From sequence record SRR20825006_868: a stretch of 64,000 nucleotides of DNA; one strand, written 5' to 3'. Of this stretch, positions 1 through 8,723 are shown piece by piece. The position numbers were made by a program, and so were the translations under genes. The notes beneath the pieces were generated by a model. That model searched no databases. It was given only the letters and a program-made list of their open reading frames with translations, and had not been told where the DNA came from. Numbering within the stretch: position 1 is the first letter of the stretch; the number at the start of each line of letters is the position of its first letter.

Positions 1-1
1 C

Positions 2-649
2 ATTGGCGGCCTGTTCATCGACGTGTTCGACGAGGAAGCCAAGAAGATCGGTGGCGCGGATTTCCTCGCGCAGGGCACGCTCTATCCGGACGTGATCGAA
101 AGCGTCTCGGCCATTGGCGGGCCGAGCGTGACGATCAAGAGCCACCACAATGTTGGCGGCCTTCCGGAACGCATGAACATGAAACTGGTCGAGCCGCTGC
201 GTGAGTTGTTCAAGGATGAAGTGCGCGCGCTGGGCCGTGAGTTGGGCTTGCCGGAGAGCTTTATCGGGCGGCACCCATTCCCCGGACCGGGTCTCGCGAT
301 CCGCATTCCCGGCGAGATCACGCGCGAGAAGGCCGACACGCTGCGCAAGGCGGACGCGATCTATATCGACGAAATCCGCAAGGCGGGACTGTACGACGAA
401 ATCTGGCAGGCTTTCAGCGTTTTGCTGCCGGTCAACACGGTCGGCGTGATGGGGGACGAACGCACCTATGAGGCCGTGCTGGCCCTGCGCGCGGTGACCT
501 CGACCGATGGTATGACGGCGGACTATTATCCGTACGAGCACGACTTCCTCGGCCGTGTCGCGACCCGCATCATCAATGAGGTAAAAGGCGTCAACCGCGT
601 CGTCTATGACGTGACCAGCAAGCCGCCCGGCACGATCGAGTGGGAATAG
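2..649 (+). CDS. guaA: GMP synthase (glutamine-hydrolysing), 5'-truncated by window
   Basis: [37 protein letters not shown] and C-terminal KPPGTIEWE; frame open to window start. Confidence 0.98.
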   Translation: MGGLFIDVFDEEAKKIGGADFLAQGTLYPDVIESVSAIGGPSVTIKSHHNVGGLPERMNMKLVEPLRELFKDEVRALGRELGLPESFIGRHPFPGPGLAIRIPGEITREKADTLRKADAIYIDEIRKAGLYDEIWQAFSVLLPVNTVGVMGDERTYEAVLALRAVTSTDGMTADYYPYEHDFLGRVATRIINEVKGVNRVVYDVTSKPPGTIEWE

Positions 650-748
650 TGACTTTGCCCTGGGTGACGGTTATTCTCGGCCTGTTGTCCTGAGAGTCCA
701 TTTCTCGCCGCTCTGTACACGCGGCCCAAACGCGGTAGAATCGCCCGT

Positions 749-1084
749 ATGACTGATCTGACCGACACGCTGAAACAGCTCTCCGCGCTTGGGCAGGAGA
801 CCCGGCTGCTGACGTTCCGGGCCCTCATGGAGGCGGGGCCGGAAGGTTTGCAGGCAGGCGCCATTGCCGAACATCTGGACGTCGCGCCTAACAAGCTGTC
901 GGGACATCTCAACATATTGGTGAATTCCGGGCTGGTCAGCGTCGCGCGTGACGGGCGCCGGATGATCTATACGGCCAGGATTGATGGCGTGAACCAGTTG
1001 CTCTCGGTGCTTGTCGACAATTGCTGTCACGGTCATCCGGAAGTGTGTGATCCGCTCGCCAGGAAATCGAAAATAAATTGTTAA
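749..1084 (+). CDS. ArsR/SmtB family transcriptional repressor, C-terminal CC-type
   Basis: ALGQETRL..FRAL, wHTH LSGHLNILVNSGLV..RDGRRMIY, C-terminal DNCCHGHPEVC. Confidence 0.92.
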   Translation: MTDLTDTLKQLSALGQETRLLTFRALMEAGPEGLQAGAIAEHLDVAPNKLSGHLNILVNSGLVSVARDGRRMIYTARIDGVNQLLSVLVDNCCHGHPEVCDPLARKSKINC

Positions 1085-1085
1085 A

Positions 1086-1107
1086 TCAATATTCGACAGA
1101 ATATTGA
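1086..1107. promoter_or_regulatory. Perfect AT-rich palindrome, probable ArsR operator
   Basis: TCAATATTC-gaca-GAATATTGA, 2 nt after the arsR stop and about 50 nt before the 1160 start. Confidence 0.6.
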
Positions 1108-1159
1108 AATAAAGTCTGTATCGCGCTAAGGTCTTTCCAGAGTCGCACGGGAGGATGAT

Positions 1160-1570
1160 ATGCGAACTGGACTGAGGACGTACGCTATAATCGCTTTGAC
1201 CGGTATAGGACTGGCGGCCTGCGCGGGCGCGCCGGACTCGGTCCAGGCACCGGCCGAAACTTCTGCCACAACCGGTGACCTGGAGCTGCGCGCAAGCGGC
1301 TCTGGAAACTGGGATATCGACTGTGTCGCGGTCACCGGACGGGGTGAGGCGGATGCCAGCGTGAAGGGGCGGGGCTCAACCAGCACGGACATGTTGTTTG
1401 TGCGCGATGTCTCAACCGCCGCCTGCACCTATCAGACCGGGGCCTCGCCGGTCACCTTGAAACTGATGGAGGAAGGCCTGACATGCCCGTTCGGCGCGTT
1501 TGAAAGCGGGATTTGCCAGACAATTCTTCCAGCTGAGACCAGTGGAACACTTCAATTCTCGGTCAAATAA
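1160..1570 (+). CDS. Hypothetical lipoprotein with four further Cys
   Basis: RBS GGAGGA, signal peptide with lipobox LAAC. Confidence 0.75.
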   Translation: MRTGLRTYAIIALTGIGLAACAGAPDSVQAPAETSATTGDLELRASGSGNWDIDCVAVTGRGEADASVKGRGSTSTDMLFVRDVSTAACTYQTGASPVTLKLMEEGLTCPFGAFESGICQTILPAETSGTLQFSVK

Positions 1571-1615
1571 TGTTTTAGAACCGCAACGTGACTCGGGCGC
1601 GAAGCGGGAGAGAAT

Positions 1616-3007
1616 ATGCGACGAATTTTGTGGGCCTTCGCGCTGATGGCGCACATATGCTCTGTTGCCGAGGCGGAGGAGGCTTTTCGGCTCAAGGATG
1701 CCGTAGACACTCCGGCCTGGCTGACGCTCAAGGGAGAGACCCGCGTCCGCTATGAGACGCTGCAGGGGCAGTTTCGGGCCGACGGTGAGGGCGGCGACCA
1801 ATTGCTCCTGTTCCGCAGCCTATTGCTGGCTGAAGCAGACACCGGGCCGATCTCTTTCGGGGTCGAGATACAGGACAGCCGGACCTATCTGGCCGATGCC
1901 GGCACGCCGCTCTCCAGCAGCATCGCCAATCCGCTGGACCTTCTCCAGTTCTATGCCCGCATCGACGAGTTGCCGGGCGTCTTCGGAGAGGGGTCGTCCA
2001 GCAAGCTGACCCTTGGGCGGCAAACGGTCTCCATCGGCTCGAAACGCCAGATCGAGCGCGTTGATTTTGCCAATGTCATCAAGAGCTATACCGGCGCGCA
2101 TTTCGTCTCCACGGCTGAGCGCGGGGACGAACTCCATCTGGTCTATGTCGTGCCGACCGCGCGCTATCCGGATGCGCGGCCTGCGCTGGATGACAATGAA
2201 CTGTCAGGGGATGAGGAACAGTGGGAGCGGCGCATCTGGGGCGTGCATTATCGCCGCGCGGATATCTTGCCGGCTTTGGCGCCGGGCCTCTGGGGCGAAG
2301 TGTTCGCGTACGGACTGGAAGAGCGGGATTCCGGCGACTTCCCGACGCCTGACAGGTCCTATTTCGCGCCGGGCTTTCGTCTCTACCGGAAGCCTGTTTC
2401 CGGACAGTGGGACATTGACCTAGAAGGCGCCCTGAGACGCGGCAGCCGCTACGCCTCAAACGATCCATCGGACACGCAAAGCCTTGAGGTGGAAGCGTCC
2501 ATGCTGTTTGCGGCGTTCGGGTATACATTCGATACGCCATGGCAGCCGCGCTTTGCGTTGGAATATTATCATGCCAGCGGCGACGAAGACCCGTTTGACC
2601 TCAATTACGACCAGCATGAGCGCCTGTTCGGGTCCCGGCGGACCGATCTCAACAATACCAGCATTCACGGGCCTCTGACTCCCGCCAATCTGAATGCGCC
2701 GGGCTTTCGGGTGGAAGTGAAACCGGGTGCCCGATGGGACGCCCGTTTCTACTATCATGCGGCGCATCTGGCGTCGAAGACTGACAGCTGGGTCATTGCC
2801 AAGCTGCGGGATCCGTCCGGCCAATCCGGCGATTTCATCGGACACACGCTGGACGGGCGGGCACGCTACTGGGTGCTGCCGGACAGTCTCCGCCTGGAAC
2901 TCGGTGCCTCCGCCCTGATCTATGGCGAATTTGCCAAAGACGTACCGGGTGGTCCAGATGGGGACGAGACACTGTTCGGATACGCACAACTTACCTTTAC
3001 CTTCTAG
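1616..3007 (+). CDS. Alginate-export (AlgE-like) family outer-membrane beta-barrel
   Basis: Signal peptide, GETRVRYE, LGRQ, ASGD motifs, terminal YAQLTFTF. Confidence 0.8.
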   Translation: MRRILWAFALMAHICSVAEAEEAFRLKDAVDTPAWLTLKGETRVRYETLQGQFRADGEGGDQLLLFRSLLLAEADTGPISFGVEIQDSRTYLADAGTPLSSSIANPLDLLQFYARIDELPGVFGEGSSSKLTLGRQTVSIGSKRQIERVDFANVIKSYTGAHFVSTAERGDELHLVYVVPTARYPDARPALDDNELSGDEEQWERRIWGVHYRRADILPALAPGLWGEVFAYGLEERDSGDFPTPDRSYFAPGFRLYRKPVSGQWDIDLEGALRRGSRYASNDPSDTQSLEVEASMLFAAFGYTFDTPWQPRFALEYYHASGDEDPFDLNYDQHERLFGSRRTDLNNTSIHGPLTPANLNAPGFRVEVKPGARWDARFYYHAAHLASKTDSWVIAKLRDPSGQSGDFIGHTLDGRARYWVLPDSLRLELGASALIYGEFAKDVPGGPDGDETLFGYAQLTFTF

Positions 3008-3286
3008 GGAGCCATCCTGGACAGATTTGAATGCTATCTCGTCGTCCGGGAAGCGCTCCCATCGGGTCAGCACGCATGTAAATGTCTTCGGTATGTTTTT
3101 ATTCTAGGACTTCAAGCTCGCGGGATGTTTGCGTCTGGCGGGTACCGAGTGTGCAGAAGTTGGTCGCAATACAGTCCTCGGTGTGGATTTGCGTCAATTT
3201 CGACGGCGGATCGACCCGGTTACGATTCAGACGATGGCGAATTCAAGCTATTGCGGGTCTCGAAATAGGAAATCGTCAGGATGCCA

Positions 3287-3322
3287 TCCAATGGAAGGGG
3301 GCAGGCGCCTCCTTCCATTGGA
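3287..3322. terminator. Strong hairpin, probable terminator of the DUF4198/EF-hand transcript
   Basis: TCCAATGGAAGG...CCTTCCATTGGA, 12-bp perfect inverted repeat downstream of the 3366 stop. Confidence 0.55.
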
Positions 3323-3365
3323 CTCCAGTAAGAGGATTGGTTGTTTTTGTTCAGCACTGTCTGGA

Positions 3366-3875
3366 CTAGTAATTATCTTTGTTGTCCAGATCGTTGACAG
3401 ATCCGTCCTTGTTCGTGTCGAGGGTCGAGAACATGCGCTTGCCGGAGGCGTGGAATTCGTCGAGCGAGAGATTTCCATCTTCGTCTGTGTCAAGCACGGT
3501 AAACCGGAAATCTGCCTGGTCGATTTGGCGTTTGCGCTGTGCCTCAAGTTGCTCGAGCAAGCGGGTTTCATATTCGGAAACATATTCTTCAGACTGGACA
3601 TTTCCGTCTCCGTTGGCATCGCGTCTGAGATAGCCGTTCGCACGCTCTGAAATGAATTCGGCTTCGGTGACTTGCCCATCTCCATCAAGGTCATACTTTT
3701 GGAAGAAAGCATCCTTGCTATGTCCGTCAGCTGAGCGACGTGGAGTTTCGGACTCAGGCGTGACTGCGGCCGCGCTTGCAGTCTCGGCTTCAGCCGACGC
3801 TTTGGTGTCATGGGTGGCACACGCGGCGAGAGGCGCGAGCGCCAGGGTCAACAAGACCGGATAAATGGATTTCAT
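3366..3875 (-). CDS. EF-hand calcium-binding lipoprotein
   Basis: Lipobox LAAC; loops DLDGDGQVTEAE, DANGDGNVQSEE, DTDEDGNLSLDE, DTNKDGSVNDLD. Confidence 0.85.
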   Translation of the reverse strand: MKSIYPVLLTLALAPLAACATHDTKASAEAETASAAAVTPESETPRRSADGHSKDAFFQKYDLDGDGQVTEAEFISERANGYLRRDANGDGNVQSEEYVSEYETRLLEQLEAQRKRQIDQADFRFTVLDTDEDGNLSLDEFHASGKRMFSTLDTNKDGSVNDLDNKDNY

Positions 3876-3905
3876 GTTTGGGTTTCCGTTCTGGTGGAAG
3901 GGTTT

Positions 3906-4703
3906 TTACCGAGCAACTTCGAAAGTCAGGGAGGTTGTGTAGCTGCGTTCATCAGTCTCTGCGCCTTCTGGCGCGTCCACCGTGTGACGGGTCATGAGGA
4001 GGTATTTGCCTGGCTTGTCGAAAGACAGGCTGACGGTTCCGGAGTCATCTGCCTCTACATGGCGTTCGTATTTCGGCGTTTCATAAGTTCCGCCCTGCCG
4101 TTTGATTTCCACAGATTGGCCAGCAAGCGGCTGGCCATCGAAGAGGAGCTTGAATTCAAATCCCTCTCCTAGGTAAATCTCGTTTGGGTGGGTGACGGGC
4201 GTGATAAGCAAGCGGCCGATTGGCAAGTTGACCGCCTCCCACGTGGAAGCTCCTTTCGTTACATAGACGTCAGCAACCGTTTCGGTCTGACTGGTGATGA
4301 CCTCGGTTGCATTTTGAGGAACTTCCACATCGGGTCCGAAAACCGCCTGCCATTCACCATCAACAAGGGCCTTCTTGCTTTTTCGACCCAAGCGGACACC
4401 GGTGGTAAATCGATAGGTTCCCTCGGTGTCCAGATCACTTTCAAGAACAACCACCTGGCGCAACTGGGTTAGGGTCTTGAAGTCTTCCCGCGAGCCATCC
4501 GGAAGAATGACATGATAGTCGTCCGAAAGAACGGCGATCTCTGGCACGAAGGGGTCTTCACTAAAGGATGCCTGCACAGTGACGTGATCGCCTTCCGTCG
4601 TGACGAATGCATTGGGATACATAAAAGATGTATGAGCGTAAGCGGCTGCGCAAAGCGTGGTAGCCGACAAGATTCCGGCTGCGCCAAATTTCAGAATTGT
4701 CAT
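3906..4703 (-). CDS. DUF4198 family periplasmic metal-uptake-associated protein
   Basis: Signal peptide ending AYA-H, ITPVTHPN, LLFDGQPL, C-terminal SYTTSLTFEV. Confidence 0.8.
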   Translation of the reverse strand: MTILKFGAAGILSATTLCAAAYAHTSFMYPNAFVTTEGDHVTVQASFSEDPFVPEIAVLSDDYHVILPDGSREDFKTLTQLRQVVVLESDLDTEGTYRFTTGVRLGRKSKKALVDGEWQAVFGPDVEVPQNATEVITSQTETVADVYVTKGASTWEAVNLPIGRLLITPVTHPNEIYLGEGFEFKLLFDGQPLAGQSVEIKRQGGTYETPKYERHVEADDSGTVSLSFDKPGKYLLMTRHTVDAPEGAETDERSYTTSLTFEVAR

Positions 4704-4723
4704 AAAGACCCCTCAGTCACGTT

Positions 4724-4774
4724 ATTGAGAATAATTATCACTTGCATGTACTGAGAATGCGATTTAGTTGCAAG
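4724..4774. promoter_or_regulatory. Two Fur-like boxes in the divergent DUF4198/apbE promoter
   Basis: attGAGAATAATTATCact (4724-4742) and aatGCGATTTAGTTGCaag (4756-4774), 19-bp imperfect palindromes. Confidence 0.6.
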
Positions 4775-4864
4775 TAGAGATTTTTGATTTTTACGGCGGC
4801 CGTCGTGCTCAGTGCCTTTTAAGTGCAGACAGCACGTCTGCACGCTCAATTCACGGAGATTTTG

Positions 4865-6349
4865 ATGCGAAAGACCTTGTCAGGCATGGCTTTGACTTCC
4901 GTTCTGCTGGCCATGTTACCCGGTGTCGCGACGGCGGATATGTTCAAACGACATCATGATCATGTTCTCGGAACGTCCCTGGATATTGTTGTGAATGCCC
5001 CCTCAGAGACAGATGCCGACAAGGCAGAGGAGGCGATTCTCAAGGAGATCGAACGTTTGCGCGGCGTGTTCAGCACATATGACAACTCCAGCGAGATATC
5101 ACGTCTAAATCGCTCCATCGACACGACAGTGTCTGACGATATGGTTCGTGTACTGGAGCGCTGTGAAGCCTATCGGATGCAAACGTCGAATGCGCTGAGC
5201 TGTCGTATTGGCAGCTTGATCGATACATGGGCCGTCGCCGAACGTGAGAACAAATTGCCAAACCGTCCCGCCATGCGAATAACTGCTGGAGAGATACGGC
5301 GCGCCAGTGTTGAAATTGATGCAGGGAAGGGAACCGTCAACCGACCGGATGAGGTGATTTTCGCTACCGATTCTTTGGCAAAGGGGTATATTCTGGACAC
5401 GGCCGTCGAGGCGGCCATTGGCGCGTCCCCAAAGGTCTCAGGACTGTTGATGAACATTGGGGGTGACATACGGACCTGGGGCGCAGGCCCTCAAGACGGA
5501 CAATGGGCCGTCGCGATCACCCGCGGCTCTGAGCTTGGAGAAGGCGGATCAGCGTTAGAAGGCCGTGTGCAGATAAATGAAGGGGCAGTCGCAACAAGCG
5601 GTTCGGGACCTCGTGATCGTTTGGTTGGGGGGCAGCCCTATAGCCATGTCATATCCCCCGCAGATGGCTGGCCAGTCTTTCACGCTCTCACGGCGACGGT
5701 CTATGCGTCAGATGCCATCACCGCAGACGCACTTGCAACGGCACTCCTGGTGATGGACCTCAAGAGAGGATTGAATCTCGTGGAGAGTCTGCCGGGCGTA
5801 GAAGCGGAGATCGTGACGGAGGATGAAAGACATCATCAGACTTCAGGTTGGGGTGGCTTGAAGCCTGAGGGGAAGGCGACCAGCGAGATAGAGGCAAGCT
5901 GGCCGACGGGCTATGAATTTTCCATTGAGTTCGAGATTCCCGATCAAGATATTACAGACTATGAGCGCCCCTATGTGGCGGTATGGATTGCAGACAAAGA
6001 CAGAAATTTGGTGCGGATTCTCATGCTTGCCGGTCAACAAGCGCGCTGGATGGAGGAGAACTATTACTGGCACCGACGATTTGGCCGAAAGGCCGGGAGC
6101 CTTGTCGATGCGATCTCAGGTCCAACCCGGCGCCCCGGACAATACAAACTTGTATGGGATGGCCGGACAGATGATGGCCACACAGTTGGTCCAGGCGAGT
6201 ACATCTTGCATCTTGAAGCTGCTCGCGAACATGGCGAGCATCAGCATGAGAGCGTTACTTTCACCCTTTCTGCTGATGCGTTCAATCACGAGATTGAGCC
6301 TGGGAATGAGCTTGGACACGTTTCGGTTCGGTTTGGCTCGACGGACTGA
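4865..6349 (+). CDS. apbE: FAD:protein FMN transferase (ApbE) fused to C-terminal DUF2271
   Basis: SLAKGYILD, NIGGDI, AVATSG, HVISPADGWP, ADALATA; then YERPYVAVWI...VDAISGPTRRPG...WDG...EAAREHG; RBS GGAG before ATG 4865. Confidence 0.88.
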   Translation: MRKTLSGMALTSVLLAMLPGVATADMFKRHHDHVLGTSLDIVVNAPSETDADKAEEAILKEIERLRGVFSTYDNSSEISRLNRSIDTTVSDDMVRVLERCEAYRMQTSNALSCRIGSLIDTWAVAERENKLPNRPAMRITAGEIRRASVEIDAGKGTVNRPDEVIFATDSLAKGYILDTAVEAAIGASPKVSGLLMNIGGDIRTWGAGPQDGQWAVAITRGSELGEGGSALEGRVQINEGAVATSGSGPRDRLVGGQPYSHVISPADGWPVFHALTATVYASDAITADALATALLVMDLKRGLNLVESLPGVEAEIVTEDERHHQTSGWGGLKPEGKATSEIEASWPTGYEFSIEFEIPDQDITDYERPYVAVWIADKDRNLVRILMLAGQQARWMEENYYWHRRFGRKAGSLVDAISGPTRRPGQYKLVWDGRTDDGHTVGPGEYILHLEAAREHGEHQHESVTFTLSADAFNHEIEPGNELGHVSVRFGSTD

Positions 6350-6376
6350 TTTTCAAGTTGTTCCCTCGGAATATCC

Positions 6377-7198
6377 TCAAGACCCCTCAATCTCGACAGT
6401 AAAGCTGTGGCTGATGCCAGTTGGCGGAGCGGGAAATGGCGATGCTTTCTTCACAAAGATCAAGGCCTGACGATCAAACCTGGATGAGCCAGAGCTTTGG
6501 GAGACTTCAATGTGTTTGATCGTACCACGAGGGGAAACCGTGAATCGAATATGAGCGGATCCGGGACCGGAAGCGCGCGGTCTACGCAGTTGGGACAAGT
6601 GTCTCATCACCTCTCCCGAATAGTTCGAATGCTCCGAATTTCCTGCTGCTGGGGACTTTGCGCTTGCAGCAGAGTCGCCGCCAGATTCCTTGGTAGCTGG
6701 ACTATTCGCATTGACAGACGTTTTGGCTTTTCGGTGTGAGTTGTTGCCAGCTGGCTTGTACTCGGCGGGTTCTGTCTGGGGTGCCGCTGAGGTCGCAGAG
6801 GAAACTGCCGTGGTTGGCGCTGTCTGAGCTGCCGGCTCGTTAGTGTTTTCTTCAGGCAAAAGCGGGTCAGCGTCTGCAACGAGAGTTTCGGATTTGGGCT
6901 CGTCCGGAGCTGTCTTCTCGACTTTGGGGGCTGCCTCCGGTGATTGAGGTGACGGTGAGGAGCGAGTGGCGGGCGGCTGTTCTGATTGTGCTGGGCTTGG
7001 TTCAGGTTCGTCCGATGGCGGGGCTTCGTGCTGGAAAGCATTTGTCGACGAGGCCATTGTTCCAAACTGCACGCCGAAGCTGTTTCCTGCCACCAATGCC
7101 GGCGGAGCGTGAGGGACTGTATACGCCAACACACTCAAGTGGGCCGCTGCCGCTGCTGACAGCGCAATCGAGAATTTGACCGCATTCGTTTTCGTCAT
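6377..7198 (-). CDS. tonB: TonB family energy transducer
   Basis: N-terminal TM with S..H, Pro/Ala-rich linker, SSGSSRFDRQAL...ASPFPAPP. Confidence 0.85.
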   Translation of the reverse strand: MTKTNAVKFSIALSAAAAAHLSVLAYTVPHAPPALVAGNSFGVQFGTMASSTNAFQHEAPPSDEPEPSPAQSEQPPATRSSPSPQSPEAAPKVEKTAPDEPKSETLVADADPLLPEENTNEPAAQTAPTTAVSSATSAAPQTEPAEYKPAGNNSHRKAKTSVNANSPATKESGGDSAASAKSPAAGNSEHSNYSGEVMRHLSQLRRPRASGPGSAHIRFTVSPRGTIKHIEVSQSSGSSRFDRQALIFVKKASPFPAPPTGISHSFTVEIEGS

Positions 7199-7575
7199 CC
7201 TGTGGTGTCCTCCGTCACGACAATGATGTTGGTCCTACCGCTCGCTCGAAGCTCTTTCACCAGCTTGAGGAGTTGCACTGCTGGCAGTTCGCGATCGGGG
7301 AGAAGGCGTAGGGAAGACGTATCTGCCGCCGGGCTGTCGAGAAGACTCTCCAGGCTGACCGGAGCGCCTCCCCGGCGTAGTTGACCGGTCTTGTCGATCG
7401 ACACCGCGTCTGGAGGGACGCAGCATTCGAGATCTTGGGTCTGAACAAATCTTACAGATGGATCAGGTGGGGAGGCGAGCGTTCCTGCAATCATGAAGAA
7501 GATCAGGATCAGGAATACGATGTTGATCAGTGAGATCACGGGATCGCGGCGGGTTTGCAGTTTGCAACGCTTCAT
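7195..7575 (-). CDS. exbD: ExbD/TolR family protein
   Basis: ISLINIVFLILIFFMI TM, PDRELP. Confidence 0.85.
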   Translation of the reverse strand: MKRCKLQTRRDPVISLINIVFLILIFFMIAGTLASPPDPSVRFVQTQDLECCVPPDAVSIDKTGQLRRGGAPVSLESLLDSPAADTSSLRLLPDRELPAVQLLKLVKELRASGRTNIIVVTEDTTG

Positions 7576-7961
7576 GTCGGCTCCACCACGAGCACCTCAA
7601 TCCAGGGCGTACGTTTCAGTTCAGCGAGGACGTCAATCAGTGTTTGCGTGGTAACATCGTCTGTTAACTTCACCGCCACTGTCGGTACGCTTTCATCATT
7701 TTCATGTATTTCGAGCTTGTAAGCGAGATGACTCAGCGGGACCGCCTTTCCGTCCAGCAGAAGGGTATCAGCTCCAATGGTTAGTATAAGGATGGGGTTG
7801 TCGGAGGTCTTACCGGCGGCTGCAGTGGTTGAGGCTATCTCGACCTCGGAAAACTTTGAGAAACTAGAAGCCAGCATAAAGAAAAGCAGCAGCAGAAAGA
7901 TTACGTCGATAAGGGACGTGATCGACGCGCGACGGCGTGGACGGGTGCGCTTAAGTGCCAT
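7572..7961 (-). CDS. exbD: ExbD/TolR family protein
   Basis: ITSLIDVIFLLLLFFML. Confidence 0.88.
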   Translation of the reverse strand: MALKRTRPRRRASITSLIDVIFLLLLFFMLASSFSKFSEVEIASTTAAAGKTSDNPILILTIGADTLLLDGKAVPLSHLAYKLEIHENDESVPTVAVKLTDDVTTQTLIDVLAELKRTPWIEVLVVEPT

Positions 7962-8601
7962 ATCCAGCAGCAACTATTTCTCTGGCTGACGTCTCGCGCG
8001 TCTCCGGTGTAACGAGGACTGTGAATGCATGCTCGGCGAAAGCGCGTTCGCGGTCAGTCTGAGCTTCAAACCAGGACAGCGCAATGGATGTAGGCATGGC
8101 GACGGAGAGGCCTGCGGCGGTGGTCAGCAGGGCGACCCAGATACCGCCAGCAAGGGCGGCCGGATCTACCTGTGATCCCGCAGATTGCAGGGCCTGGAAC
8201 GCCTCAATCATCCCCAGCACCGTTCCGAGAAGCCCTAGCAGGGGGGCCAATTGAGCAATCGTATCAAGGACGCGAAAGCCACCTTCATAGGGTTGCAACG
8301 CGAGGTCGGCTTCGGCTTCGAGTCGGGCAACAAGGCCTTCTCGCCCGCGTAGCGGCAAAGCGGACAGAAGAATGTTCGCCAGCCAATGTTTCGATGCGCG
8401 GAGCTGATCCGATGCACCTTGCTCATCGCCAGCGTCCAGAGCGCGGATGGCAGATTTGAGCGGCTTCAGGCGTCCGATCTGATCCGACCGAAATTGCCAG
8501 TATTTGAAGCCTGTCAGGGCGAGCGTGAAAATGGATGCAAGCAAAAGGATGGTAAGGATGGGACCGCCGACATCATATAAGTTTTGAAACATTGTGAGCA
8601 T
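7951..8601 (-). CDS. exbB: ExbB/TolQ/MotA proton channel protein
   Basis: APLLGLLGTVLGMI..F, LAGGIWVALLTTAAGL. Confidence 0.92.
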   Translation of the reverse strand: MLTMFQNLYDVGGPILTILLLASIFTLALTGFKYWQFRSDQIGRLKPLKSAIRALDAGDEQGASDQLRASKHWLANILLSALPLRGREGLVARLEAEADLALQPYEGGFRVLDTIAQLAPLLGLLGTVLGMIEAFQALQSAGSQVDPAALAGGIWVALLTTAAGLSVAMPTSIALSWFEAQTDRERAFAEHAFTVLVTPETRETSAREIVAAGYGT

Positions 8602-8666
8602 GCGCGTTTCCAATCAGATTTCGCTTTGAAACTCAGTTCGCTGCGGGAATGTTTGGCGAATTGTTA

Positions 8667-8706
8667 CGAGCACCATGCAGCTATTGGCAGCCGCGCATGG
8701 TGCTCG
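8667..8706. other. Intergenic stem-loop between TonB receptor and exbB
   Basis: CGAGCACCATGC...GCATGGTGCTCG, 12-bp inverted repeat, no U-tract. Confidence 0.55.
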
Positions 8707-8723
8707 CATCGGTGGGGTACTGT

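Noticed and set aside
600-760. Integrase-type island attachment at the guaA 3' end
   Set aside because: No integrase ORF follows guaA and I found no repeat of the guaA 3' end by eye; only the arsR remnant supports an insertion.
3010-3360. Possible transposase remnant (HVNVFG resembles a Tn3 TnpA C-terminus) and ORFs 3082..3369 and 3129..3650
   Set aside because: Match too short, no inverted repeats; the ORFs lack an RBS or are antisense shadows of the EF-hand gene.
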